Shown: piece after piece, positions 1-8,540 of the stretch
Layout of the letters: every line of letters starts with the position of its first letter
Numbering within the stretch: the stretch's first letter is position 1
NCBI GenBank assembly: GCA_027484085.1
Contig: JAIXQF010000010.1
Span: 186,970-250,969 of the forward strand
Source of the DNA: Actinomycetales bacterium
Lineage (GTDB): Bacteria; Actinomycetota; Actinomycetes; S36-B12; UBA5976
Reading direction: 5' to 3'
Length of the DNA: 64,000 bases
The notes under the pieces: generated by a model
Database searches by the model: none
What the model saw: the letters and a program-made list of their open reading frames with translations, nothing else
What the model was told of the DNA's origin: nothing
Program-made: the position numbers and the translations under genes

Positions 1-429
1 GTTGTAACAAACACTCACTTGCAAGACGAACCAGTTTCCACCACATCGAACTCGGCAACGATTGCTGTGGAAGCTGCTCCGGAACCTGAATCCCCAGAAG
101 ACGATTCCGATACGCCAACAGCTAGCAAAACTGCCAGTGCTGGAGACATTACCTTCAGCTCAGGAACTAGCGTGCTTTCTGCCGCGACAAAAAATAGCCT
201 GAAGGCAGCGGTAAAGAAAGCTGGAAAGTCCGCCTCCTTCACAGTAACGGGAGCAGCCGGTCAGATTTCTGGAGTTTCCGATAAGGCAGTTAAGGCCCTT
301 GCTCTAAAGCGAGCCAGCGTAATTAAGTCTTACTTAGTGTCACTTGGTGTTAAGTCATCCAAGGTTACGCTCAAGACCAAGGTCGTAAAGCAAGGCAAGA
401 AACCAAAAGTTTCGGTTGTAGCTAGCTAA
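1..429 (+). CDS. C-terminal part of a secreted/surface protein with a degenerate OmpA-C-like domain (5' end outside window)
   Basis: Frame 1 is open from base 1 with no upstream stop, so ORF 19..429 is probably a fragment. An acidic/Pro-rich linker (EAAPEPESPEDDSDTP) is followed by ITFSSGTSVLS...FTVTGAAG...ALKRASVIKSYLVSLGV, which resembles OmpA-like domains. A strong terminator follows. Confidence 0.35.
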   Translation, partial: VVTNTHLQDEPVSTTSNSATIAVEAAPEPESPEDDSDTPTASKTASAGDITFSSGTSVLSAATKNSLKAAVKKAGKSASFTVTGAAGQISGVSDKAVKALALKRASVIKSYLVSLGVKSSKVTLKTKVVKQGKKPKVSVVAS

Positions 430-454
430 TAGGAGACTGGATCTAACGTTATAC

Positions 455-498
455 AAGCAATAGCGCCACTTCGAGATTGAGAAGTGGCGCTATTGCTT
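455..498. terminator. Perfect 18-bp stem hairpin between convergent genes (likely bidirectional terminator)
   Basis: AAGCAATAGCGCCACTTC (455-472) pairs perfectly with GAAGTGGCGCTATTGCTT (481-498) around an 8-nt loop. It lies between the + gene ending at 429 and the - gene ending at 505. The U-tract is weak. Confidence 0.7.
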
Positions 499-504
499 TG
501 TCGT

Positions 505-1341
505 TTAACTTGAAGCCAAAAGTGCAACGGCTGCGCCAGCACTAATCAACCCGATTAACTGGTGGCGCTCCATGCGTTCATGCAAAACTAATCTGGCAAG
601 AAACACAGTGAAGGCTGGGTAAAGTGCAGCCACAACAGCAACTAGTACTAAGTCGCCAGCCCGAGTTGCCATCATGAAAGTTGCGCCACCAACAACGTCA
701 AGGGCACCAGATGCAATTGCTAACTTGTAATCAATGGCACCTTCGCGAATGGTTTTCCATTTTGCGATGGCGACAAAGATAAAGATTCCTCCAGTAACCA
801 ATCGCCCAACAATTACGGGTGCCAAACCACTATCGTCCGGTCCGCCGCTGATCCCGAGTAGGTAACCCGCGATACCAAGTCCAGCGATAATTGCAACGAT
901 TACTGCTTTAGCAGTCACTGGGTGAGTGGCATCTGCAGTTGAACGACTAACCAGAACGATTGAAACAAAAGCCAATCCCGCGCCAACAAACCCAATCGTC
1001 GAGAGCGTCTCACCGCGCAAAAATCCAACTGCAAACGGAATGATTGCTCCAATGACCGCAGAGATCGGAGCTACAACACTCATTGGGCCAAGTGCCAAGC
1101 CATACATAATGAAGATGTAGCCGATAGTTCCAGACAGACCGGCTGCTACACCTGCCAAGATGGCGCCTTGGCTAAAGGTTGCCCCAAAGAATGGAACTGC
1201 AAGGCCCAGTGTCACGATGCCAGTTGCAACAATAATGGGCAATACTTTCCAGATTGATCCGCGTCGAGTGGCAAGTCCACCCCAGAAATCAGCAACGCCA
1301 TAACTAATAGCGCACATCAGTGCCAGCACAATTGCAGTCAC
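505..1341 (-). CDS. EamA/DMT-family membrane transporter
   Basis: 278 aa, about 10 hydrophobic helices, Gly/Ala-rich, with the two-half repeat architecture typical of the drug/metabolite transporter family. It is the last gene of the minus-strand amine operon, 3 nt after the upstream gene. Confidence 0.7.
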   Translation of the reverse strand: MTAIVLALMCAISYGVADFWGGLATRRGSIWKVLPIIVATGIVTLGLAVPFFGATFSQGAILAGVAAGLSGTIGYIFIMYGLALGPMSVVAPISAVIGAIIPFAVGFLRGETLSTIGFVGAGLAFVSIVLVSRSTADATHPVTAKAVIVAIIAGLGIAGYLLGISGGPDDSGLAPVIVGRLVTGGIFIFVAIAKWKTIREGAIDYKLAIASGALDVVGGATFMMATRAGDLVLVAVVAALYPAFTVFLARLVLHERMERHQLIGLISAGAAVALLASS

Positions 1342-1344
1342 GGG

Positions 1345-2727
1345 CTATTGGCCTAACAGCTTAGAAACAACGCCAGCCAGCTTTGAAGGTTTACCGGTTT
1401 TATCTTCCGCATGATCCGCTCTAGTCATGATTTGAAGTCCAGCATTTGCGCCTATCCAGCGCAGCGGTTCAACTTCCCAATTCGGTGACTTGTGATTCAC
1501 CCAAGGAAGCTTGGTCAAACTTGTTTCCTGATTTGTTATCAGATCGGCAAGTGTTCTTCCGGAAAGGTTTGTAGTTCCAACACCATCACCAACGTAACCA
1601 CCGGCCCAAGCAATTCCAGTCTTGCGATCCAGTCCAGCCGAAGCCATCCAGTCCCGAGCAACTCCAAGTGGGCCACCCCAAGTGTGAGTAACTTTGGCAT
1701 CTGCAACAACTGGGAATAGTTCAGCCAAGACACCAAGTAACGAAGGATGCACTTTGCTGTGCTGGTCGTATTCATCCTTGATAGATGAACCGAAATGATA
1801 TGGAGCGCCCCGACCACCGAATGCAAAGCGGTCATCTGCAGTTCGCTGACCGTAGATGATCAGATTTCTAAAATCACCAAAAGTCTCACGATTGGCTAAT
1901 CCGATTTGATCCCACTTCTCAGCACTTAGCGGCTCGGTCGCCATCATTAAGGAATAGATCGGAACGATGTTTCGCTTTTGGCCTTCTAGCGTTTTTGTGT
2001 AACCCTCGGTGGCGCGAACAATGTAGCGAGCGCTGATTAATCCACCGCTAGTTGTTACTTTGCCGGATTCAATTTTGGTGGCCGCAGTGTGTTCGTAAAT
2101 TGTTGCGCCGCGCTTTTCTACGACATTGGCAAGTGAGCGAACAAGTTTCGCTGGATTAATTGCCGCAACATGAGGTGTAAAAGTAGCGCCAAGCAGGTTT
2201 GTCGCCTGGGCACGTTCCTTAGCTTCGTCAGCACTTAATAATGCGTAATGTTCAGACCCGTAGCCCCACTGCTCCCAGTGGTGAATGTATTCCTGGGCGC
2301 GTTGCCATTGCAGCGGGGTTCGGGCAAAAGAAATTGTGCCACCACGTTGCCATTCGCACTCAATACCTTCGGCTCTTACTACATTCTCAATTTCGGTAAC
2401 CGTGTCATGCATTGCGTCCTGCATTGCGCGAGCCGAATCCCGACCATGTATCCGCCCAAGTTTGTCGATCTCGGTAGGGAAGTAAGCCGAACACCAGCCG
2501 CCGTTACGTCCTGATGCGCCGTATCCGGCAACTTCGGAATCGATGATGGCGATGTTTAAGTTTGGGTCTCGTTGTTGTAAGTAATAAGCAGTCCAAAGTC
2601 CGGTGTAACCAGCGCCAACAATTGCAACATCAACATCAATGTCTTGCTGAAGTGCAGATCGTGTGGAAGTTGCCAAGTCTTCTGGCAAGGTATTCCACCA
2701 CAAAGACTTTGATCGGTAGTCAGTCAT
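1345..2727 (-). CDS. FAD-dependent oxidoreductase, DAO family (PuuB/OrdL-like amine oxidoreductase)
   Basis: 460 aa. N-terminal SLWW...DVAIVGAGYTGLWTAYYL dinucleotide-binding motif. Length and layout resemble gamma-glutamylputrescine oxidoreductase-type enzymes. Confidence 0.75.
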   Translation of the reverse strand: MTDYRSKSLWWNTLPEDLATSTRSALQQDIDVDVAIVGAGYTGLWTAYYLQQRDPNLNIAIIDSEVAGYGASGRNGGWCSAYFPTEIDKLGRIHGRDSARAMQDAMHDTVTEIENVVRAEGIECEWQRGGTISFARTPLQWQRAQEYIHHWEQWGYGSEHYALLSADEAKERAQATNLLGATFTPHVAAINPAKLVRSLANVVEKRGATIYEHTAATKIESGKVTTSGGLISARYIVRATEGYTKTLEGQKRNIVPIYSLMMATEPLSAEKWDQIGLANRETFGDFRNLIIYGQRTADDRFAFGGRGAPYHFGSSIKDEYDQHSKVHPSLLGVLAELFPVVADAKVTHTWGGPLGVARDWMASAGLDRKTGIAWAGGYVGDGVGTTNLSGRTLADLITNQETSLTKLPWVNHKSPNWEVEPLRWIGANAGLQIMTRADHAEDKTGKPSKLAGVVSKLLGQ

Positions 2728-2742
2728 TTTGAAACTTTCTGG

Positions 2743-3408
2743 TTAGCGCTTCCAGTTTTTAATGTATTCCGGAATCGGGATGTTCTTTTCAGTTGTCATT
2801 GGGTCGGAAACGGGTTCGCCAAAAACTTCTTTCAGGGGAACATAGCCTGCCCAAATATTTGAATAAATCGGATCGGTTAGATCACTTGGCACATCATCAG
2901 GGTCGCCTTGGCTTACTTTGCAAGAAACTTCATTGAGATCAAGTGCCAGCATCAGAGTGGCTTTAGATTCTTTTGGTGCCGCTTTGCGAGCTTCCTCAGT
3001 GCGACCAGGAAGCAAATGATCCGTGATGCGAATCAGTGCTGCTTCTTTAGCTTCGCCCTCAAGTACTTCACAAGATCCCAACGCAATTACGCAGCGGTAA
3101 TGCATGCTGGATTCAAAAGCGCTTCGAGCTAGCACCATGCCATCAAGCAAAGTGACAGTAAAGCAGCAGGGTTGTCCCGCAGCTAAATTCTTAAACAGTC
3201 TCGAGGCAGTTGAACCATGGAAAAGGACTCGATCGCCATCCCGGGCATAACCCACTGGCATAACGAAAGGTTGCCCATCTACTACACAAGAAACGTGAGC
3301 TACTAGGCCAGCATCTAGAATTGCATTTACTTCAGCACGATCTTTAACCGCTTTTTCAGGAAAGCGACGGACCGAAGTTCGGTCCGTCGCTCCAACTGGA
3401 TTAGTCAT
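2743..3408 (-). CDS. Pyridoxamine 5'-phosphate oxidase-family (PNPOx-like, FMN-binding split-barrel) protein
   Basis: 221 aa. Pattern RRFPEKA...DRAEVNAILDAGLVAHVS...GQPFVMPVGYARDGDRVLFHGS is typical of the PNPOx-like family. Its start overlaps the aminotransferase stop (TAATG at 3406-3410). Confidence 0.6.
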   Translation of the reverse strand: MTNPVGATDRTSVRRFPEKAVKDRAEVNAILDAGLVAHVSCVVDGQPFVMPVGYARDGDRVLFHGSTASRLFKNLAAGQPCCFTVTLLDGMVLARSAFESSMHYRCVIALGSCEVLEGEAKEAALIRITDHLLPGRTEEARKAAPKESKATLMLALDLNEVSCKVSQGDPDDVPSDLTDPIYSNIWAGYVPLKEVFGEPVSDPMTTEKNIPIPEYIKNWKR

Positions 3409-4796
3409 TAGAGAATCTTTTGTCCTTCAGTAAGAACGTGACGCAAGATTTGCTCCATTTCGTCGAACTGTTCCTGGCCACAAATAAGTGGTGGAGCTAG
3501 CTGAACTACTGGGTCGCCACGATCGTCGGCGCGGCAATACAAGCCATTTTCAAACAAGGCCTTCGATAGGTAGCCGCGAAGCAAGCGCTCGCTTTCATCT
3601 TCGTTGAAGGATTCCTTAGTGGCCTTGTCTTTTACAAGTTCAATACCGTAGAAGAATCCTTCACCGCGAACGTCACCAACAATGTCAAGATCTTTCAGTT
3701 TTTCAAGAGTCTGACGGAATTGGTTTTCATTGTCGCGAACATGCTGGTTGATGCCTTCTTTGTCGAAGATGTCAAGGTTTGCCAAAGCAACTGCAGCGGA
3801 AACTGGGTGACCACCAAATGTGTAACCATGCGCAAAGTAAGTATTGCCCTTCTTGAATGGTTCGAACACTTTGTCACCAACAAGCATTGCGCCGATTGGG
3901 GAGTAGCCCGAAGTCATGCCCTTTGCAGTTGTGATGATGTCAGGATCAACACCAAAGCGCTTCATTGCAAACATGTCACCAATGCGACCAAAGGCACAGA
4001 TGGTTTCATCTGCAACCATCAATACGTCGTACTGATCGCAGATTTCGCGAACCCGTTCTAGGTATCCCGGTGGTGGTGGGAAACAACCGCCAGAGTTTTG
4101 AACTGGTTCTAGGAAAACGGCGGCAACTGTGTCGGCACCTTCAAACAAGATCGCTTCTTCAATGCGATCTGCGGCCCAGCGACCGAATGCCTTGATGTCA
4201 TCCTGATGGTATTCAGCGCGGTAGAAGTTTGTGTTTGGCACTCGGAAACCACCTGGAGTCAGAGGTTCAAAGTACTTCTTGGCATCTGGAATACCAGTGA
4301 TCGCAAGCGCACCTTGTGGTGTGCCGTGATATGCGACCGCGCGACTGATGACTTTATGCTTCATCGGCCTGCCAGTTAGTTTGTAGTACATCTTTGCGGC
4401 TTTCCATGCTGACTCAACGGCCTCGCCACCACCAGTGGTGAAGAAGACGCGATTCAAAGAGGAAGGCGCGTAGCTGATTAGGCGCTCAGCAAGTTCAACT
4501 GCCTTTGGATGGGCATAGGACCAAAGTGGGAAGAAGGAGAGTTCCTGCATTTGCTTGGCTGCAGCTTCAGCAAGTTCGCGGCGACCGTGGCCGATTTGAA
4601 CTGTGAAAAGTCCGGCAAGACCATCAAGGTACTTACGACCTTGTTCGTCATAGATGTAGGCACCTTCACCACGAGTGATGATTGGAACTTCGCCACCGTT
4701 TTCGTATGTTGAGTGACGAGTGAAGTGCATCCATAGCCGATCGCGCGCCATGTCTGATGTTGCGGAGTTTGTTGTTCTTTCTTCTAGTGCTGTCAT
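3408..4796 (-). CDS. Class-III (omega-amine/putrescine-type) PLP aminotransferase
   Basis: 462 aa. LWMHFTRH...PIITRGEGAYIYDEQGRKYLDGLAGLFTVQIGHGR, DETICAFGRIG, and TTAKGMTSGY as the PLP-lysine region. Confidence 0.85.
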   Translation of the reverse strand: MTALEERTTNSATSDMARDRLWMHFTRHSTYENGGEVPIITRGEGAYIYDEQGRKYLDGLAGLFTVQIGHGRRELAEAAAKQMQELSFFPLWSYAHPKAVELAERLISYAPSSLNRVFFTTGGGEAVESAWKAAKMYYKLTGRPMKHKVISRAVAYHGTPQGALAITGIPDAKKYFEPLTPGGFRVPNTNFYRAEYHQDDIKAFGRWAADRIEEAILFEGADTVAAVFLEPVQNSGGCFPPPPGYLERVREICDQYDVLMVADETICAFGRIGDMFAMKRFGVDPDIITTAKGMTSGYSPIGAMLVGDKVFEPFKKGNTYFAHGYTFGGHPVSAAVALANLDIFDKEGINQHVRDNENQFRQTLEKLKDLDIVGDVRGEGFFYGIELVKDKATKESFNEDESERLLRGYLSKALFENGLYCRADDRGDPVVQLAPPLICGQEQFDEMEQILRHVLTEGQKIL

Positions 4797-4815
4797 TACG
4801 TATCCAATGTTTTGG

Positions 4816-5274
4816 TTAGCGGGTTCCCCATGTATAGCTCTGCTTGCGCAGTTTCAAATACATGAAAGTTTCCGTGCGTCGGACCCCAGGAATCGCACGG
4901 ATTTTACGATTGATCACTTCAAGAAGCGCTTCATCGTCTTCGCAAACAACTTCGAGGATTATGTCGAAGCTGCCTGCTGTCAGGATGATGTAGCTGATCT
5001 CATCCATCTGAGAAAGCACGTCGGCGACGGCTTCCATGTCTCCATCAACTTCAATGCCAATCATCGCTTCGCGATTAAAGCCAACTTGAAGTGGATCCGT
5101 TACTGCAACGATCTGCATGACTCCGGTTTCCAGGAGCTTGCTGACACGCTGACGAACTGCAGCTTCAGACAACCCAACTGCCTTACCGATAGTGGCGTAA
5201 GGACGTCGGCCATCTTGCTGGAGTTGCTCGATGATTGCTTTTGAAACTTCATCGAGTACGGCAACTTTGGACAT
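4816..5274 (-). CDS. Lrp/AsnC-family transcriptional regulator
   Basis: 152 aa. N-terminal HTH (LDEVSKAIIEQLQQDGRRPYATIGKAVGLSEAAVRQRVSKL) plus a C-terminal RAM/AsnC ligand-binding domain. Lies 19 nt upstream of the aminotransferase. Confidence 0.85.
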   Translation of the reverse strand: MSKVAVLDEVSKAIIEQLQQDGRRPYATIGKAVGLSEAAVRQRVSKLLETGVMQIVAVTDPLQVGFNREAMIGIEVDGDMEAVADVLSQMDEISYIILTAGSFDIILEVVCEDDEALLEVINRKIRAIPGVRRTETFMYLKLRKQSYTWGTR

Positions 5275-5290
5275 GCTTCCATTTTCATAG

Positions 5291-5351
5291 GATTTCGTAC
5301 AAAAAACAAGCGATTTCGTGGTGTTTACAAAAAATTAATACGAAATTCGTA
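5291..5351. promoter_or_regulatory. Repeated ATTTCGTA / TACGAAAT motifs in the divergent lrp / aldehyde dehydrogenase intergenic region (candidate Lrp operator)
   Basis: GATTTCGTAC (5291-5300), GATTTCGTGG (5312-5321) and the near-palindrome TACGAAATTCGTA (5339-5351), all within an AT-rich 190-bp divergent promoter region. Confidence 0.35.
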
Positions 5352-5464
5352 CCTAAATTCCAATTTTGGTTCAGAAATCGCAAAAAACCCCCTGACAGGG
5401 CCCATTCTTTTAGGTATTGTTTAGGAAATTGTGTAAACCCAACTGTCGTTAAAAGGAATATCGA

Positions 5465-6805
5465 ATGAGTCAATATCAGGTTCTCAACCCGGCAACAGGC
5501 GTAGTTGAGCAAGAGTTCGCCACGGCAACTGATGCAGAGTGCCGCGATGCCATTACTGCTGCAGATACCGCGCATAAGTCATGGAGCAAAGTTCCTTTGG
5601 CAGAACGTGCAGCAATCGTTCACCGAATTGGCCAGCTACATATCGATCGCCAAGATGAGCTTGCTGCGATTATCAATCGCGAAATGGGTAAGCCATTGGC
5701 TGACGCTGCTGGCGAAGTTGAATTTTCAGGCTTGATCTACCAGTACTACGCAGACAACGCAGCGACACTTCTTGCTGACATGCCAATTGAATTATCAGGT
5801 GGCGAAGGTTCTGCGGTTATGCGCAAGTCATCAGTTGGTGCACTTCTTGGAATCATGCCGTGGAACTTCCCGGCTTACCAGGTTGCACGCTTTGCTGGCC
5901 CTAACTTGGTGGCAGGTAACACAGTAATTTTGAAGCACGCGCCACAGTGCCCTGAGTCAGCTCTAGCAATCGAAAAGATTTTCAAAGATGCAGGCGTACC
6001 AGCCGGCGTTTACGTAAATCTTTTTGCATCGAACGAGCAGATCGCAGACATGATTCCACATCCAGGTATTCGTGGCGTATCACTTACTGGTTCAGAGCGC
6101 GCTGGCGCTGCAGTTGCCGAGATTGCAGGACGTCACCTAAAGAAGTGCGTACTAGAACTTGGTGGCTCAGATGCTTTCATTCTGTTAAGCACCAACGACT
6201 TGGATTCAGTTATTGAATCCGCAGTGTTTGCACGTATCGATAACACTGGTCAGGCATGCAATGCAGCAAAACGCATGGTGGTTGTTGATGGGCTATACGA
6301 CGAATTTGTCGAGAAATTCACTGCAGCAATGATGGCTGCGGAAATTTCTAGCCCACTCAGTTCCGTACGGGCTGCTGAAATTCTGGAAGAGCAAGTAAAT
6401 CGCGCAGTTAAGCAAGGTGCGAAGTTAACTAGCGCAGGCGACCGTAATGGCGCCTTCTTCCCAGCTGGAGTTCTAACCGATGTCTCTACTGACAACGAAA
6501 TTTTCCGTGAGGAACTATTCGGTCCAGTTGCTCAAATCCACCGCGCTAAAGATGAAGCTGATGCAATTCGAATTGCAAATGATTCACAGTTTGGTCTGGG
6601 TTCATACCTATTCACAACAGATGATGCTCAAGCCCTTCGGGTAGCAGACGCGCTGGACACTGGAATGGTTTACGTCAATGGCGTTGGTTTGGATGCTCCG
6701 GAACTTCCATTCGGTGGCACGAAGCGCTCCGGCTTTGGCCGCGAGCTTGGCCCACTTGGAATTGAAGAGTTCCTTAACAAGAAACTAATTCGCATCAACG
6801 GCTAA
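5465..6805 (+). CDS. NAD(P)-dependent aldehyde dehydrogenase (succinate-semialdehyde / aminoaldehyde dehydrogenase type)
   Basis: 446 aa. ALDH motifs VLELGGSDAF (catalytic Glu) and NTGQACNAAKR (catalytic Cys), plus the C-terminal PFGGTKRSGFGRE. Confidence 0.85.
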   Translation: MSQYQVLNPATGVVEQEFATATDAECRDAITAADTAHKSWSKVPLAERAAIVHRIGQLHIDRQDELAAIINREMGKPLADAAGEVEFSGLIYQYYADNAATLLADMPIELSGGEGSAVMRKSSVGALLGIMPWNFPAYQVARFAGPNLVAGNTVILKHAPQCPESALAIEKIFKDAGVPAGVYVNLFASNEQIADMIPHPGIRGVSLTGSERAGAAVAEIAGRHLKKCVLELGGSDAFILLSTNDLDSVIESAVFARIDNTGQACNAAKRMVVVDGLYDEFVEKFTAAMMAAEISSPLSSVRAAEILEEQVNRAVKQGAKLTSAGDRNGAFFPAGVLTDVSTDNEIFREELFGPVAQIHRAKDEADAIRIANDSQFGLGSYLFTTDDAQALRVADALDTGMVYVNGVGLDAPELPFGGTKRSGFGRELGPLGIEEFLNKKLIRING

Positions 6806-6815
6806 GCGATCTCTT

Positions 6816-6850
6816 AAAAATAGGCACCTCGAAATGGGGTGCCTATTTTT
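6816..6850 (+). terminator. Rho-independent terminator after the aldehyde dehydrogenase
   Basis: Stem TAGGCACC (6821-6828) pairs with GGTGCCTA (6838-6845), extended by A/T pairs, with a 9-nt loop. A T5 run follows at 6846-6850. Confidence 0.7.
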
Positions 6851-7089
6851 ATGCCCTGATGCCGACATACAAACAACTTTGTGTTTACAATGAAAGTGCA
6901 AGGGGATCACCTGTAGTGGTGGCCGATTGGCACTAGGAACTAAAGGCCTAGAGCGCATATGGAAAGGGACTGGTGGGATCCGGATTCGCGAATCTGCGAA
7001 TACCGACAGAAAAACATGCTGGCGATTTTTGCCAGACAAATCTGATCACCAGTGAGTCCTAACTCACCCAATCGTTTGGAACTTTTGCA

Positions 7090-8511
7090 ATGGTTTTTTC
7101 ACATATAGCTTCACCGCACGTTCTGCCATCCTTGGCTGATGTTTGGGAAGGTTCATATTGGCTCGATGACGAAGTTGAACCAGAACATGATTCATCTCGC
7201 GTTGTCGGCAATTTAACTGCTGACTTGTTGATTGTTGGCGGCGGATTTACCGGCCTATGGGCTGCAATCGAAGCTAAAGAACATAACCCCGATCTCGATG
7301 TGGTTTTGGTCGAAGGCAACGCGGTAGCGCGGGGTGCTTCTGGTCAAAACGGTGGCTTTGTTGCGGCATCACTTACTCATGGCTTTGCAAATGGTCTGGA
7401 TCGTTGGCCAAATGACATCGCGAAGCTAACTAAGTTTGGTCAGCAAAACCTAAATGAAATGGAACAGTTTGTTATTGATCGAAAGATCGATTGCGACTGG
7501 ATGCGCGTTGGCGAAATGGATGTCGCCACTGAGGATTATCAAGTCTCTGAGCTGCAAGAGTTTATTGAAGTTGCAAAACCATACGGAGAAGAACTTGTTT
7601 GGTTAGATCAAGCGGAAGCGCGCCGTCGCTTGAATTCACCAACCTATCTAGGCGCATTGTTTGATCCGGACAGCGTGGCTATCTGTGACCCAGCTCGGTT
7701 GGCTTGGGGACTACGTGACGTCGCACTTGAACTTGGCGTCAGAATTTATGAACACAGCAAAGTAGTTGACCTTGATGAACGTGACGATCGCGTTACTGCA
7801 AAGACTGAATTCGGTAGCGTGACAGCGCCTAAAGTCTTGCTGGCAACTAATGCCTTCCCGCCCCTTTTACGCCGACTCAAGTACTTGATTGTGCCGGTTT
7901 ATGATTCCGTCTTAGTTACTGAAAAACTCAGCGAACAACAGCGCCGCGACATTGGTTGGGCGGGCAATGAAGGTGTAAGTGACACTGGCAATCAATTCCA
8001 TTACTACCGACCAACGGAAGATGGTCGCATACTTTGGGGTGGGTACGACGCGACTTACCATTTCCGTAGTGGGTTTGGGGTTCAGCATGAGCATTCAACA
8101 AAGTCTTGGCCAAAGTTAGCTGACCACTTCTTCTCAACATTCCCTCAGCTTGAAGGTTTGCGTTTCGAGTATGCCTGGAGTGGTGCAATTGATACCTGCA
8201 CTCGGTTTAGCGCATTCTGGGGAACTGCGATGAATGACAAAGTTGTTTATGTCGCCGGTTACACCGGACTGGGAGTTGGAGCATCCCGGTTTGGTGCCCA
8301 AGTGTCTATAGACAAGCTGCTAAATCGCGATACCGATCGACGAACCTTAGAGATGGTTAACACTTTGCCAATCCCATTCCCGCCTGAACCGTTTAAGTCA
8401 GCAGGCATCAACTTCACGCGCTGGTCCCTAGATCAAGCTGATCGCAATAAGGGTAAACGTAATTTATGGCTTCGCACCTTAGACCGATTCGGTATGGGAT
8501 TCGACAGTTAA
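7090..8511 (+). CDS. FAD-dependent oxidoreductase, DAO family (second paralogue)
   Basis: 473 aa. SYWLDD...ADLLIVGGGFTGLWAAIEA motif, the same family as 1345..2727. No obvious RBS, so the start is uncertain. Confidence 0.7.
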   Translation: MVFSHIASPHVLPSLADVWEGSYWLDDEVEPEHDSSRVVGNLTADLLIVGGGFTGLWAAIEAKEHNPDLDVVLVEGNAVARGASGQNGGFVAASLTHGFANGLDRWPNDIAKLTKFGQQNLNEMEQFVIDRKIDCDWMRVGEMDVATEDYQVSELQEFIEVAKPYGEELVWLDQAEARRRLNSPTYLGALFDPDSVAICDPARLAWGLRDVALELGVRIYEHSKVVDLDERDDRVTAKTEFGSVTAPKVLLATNAFPPLLRRLKYLIVPVYDSVLVTEKLSEQQRRDIGWAGNEGVSDTGNQFHYYRPTEDGRILWGGYDATYHFRSGFGVQHEHSTKSWPKLADHFFSTFPQLEGLRFEYAWSGAIDTCTRFSAFWGTAMNDKVVYVAGYTGLGVGASRFGAQVSIDKLLNRDTDRRTLEMVNTLPIPFPPEPFKSAGINFTRWSLDQADRNKGKRNLWLRTLDRFGMGFDS

Positions 8512-8540
8512 TTCTTGGCCAAAGTTGTAAAGTCTGTGAC

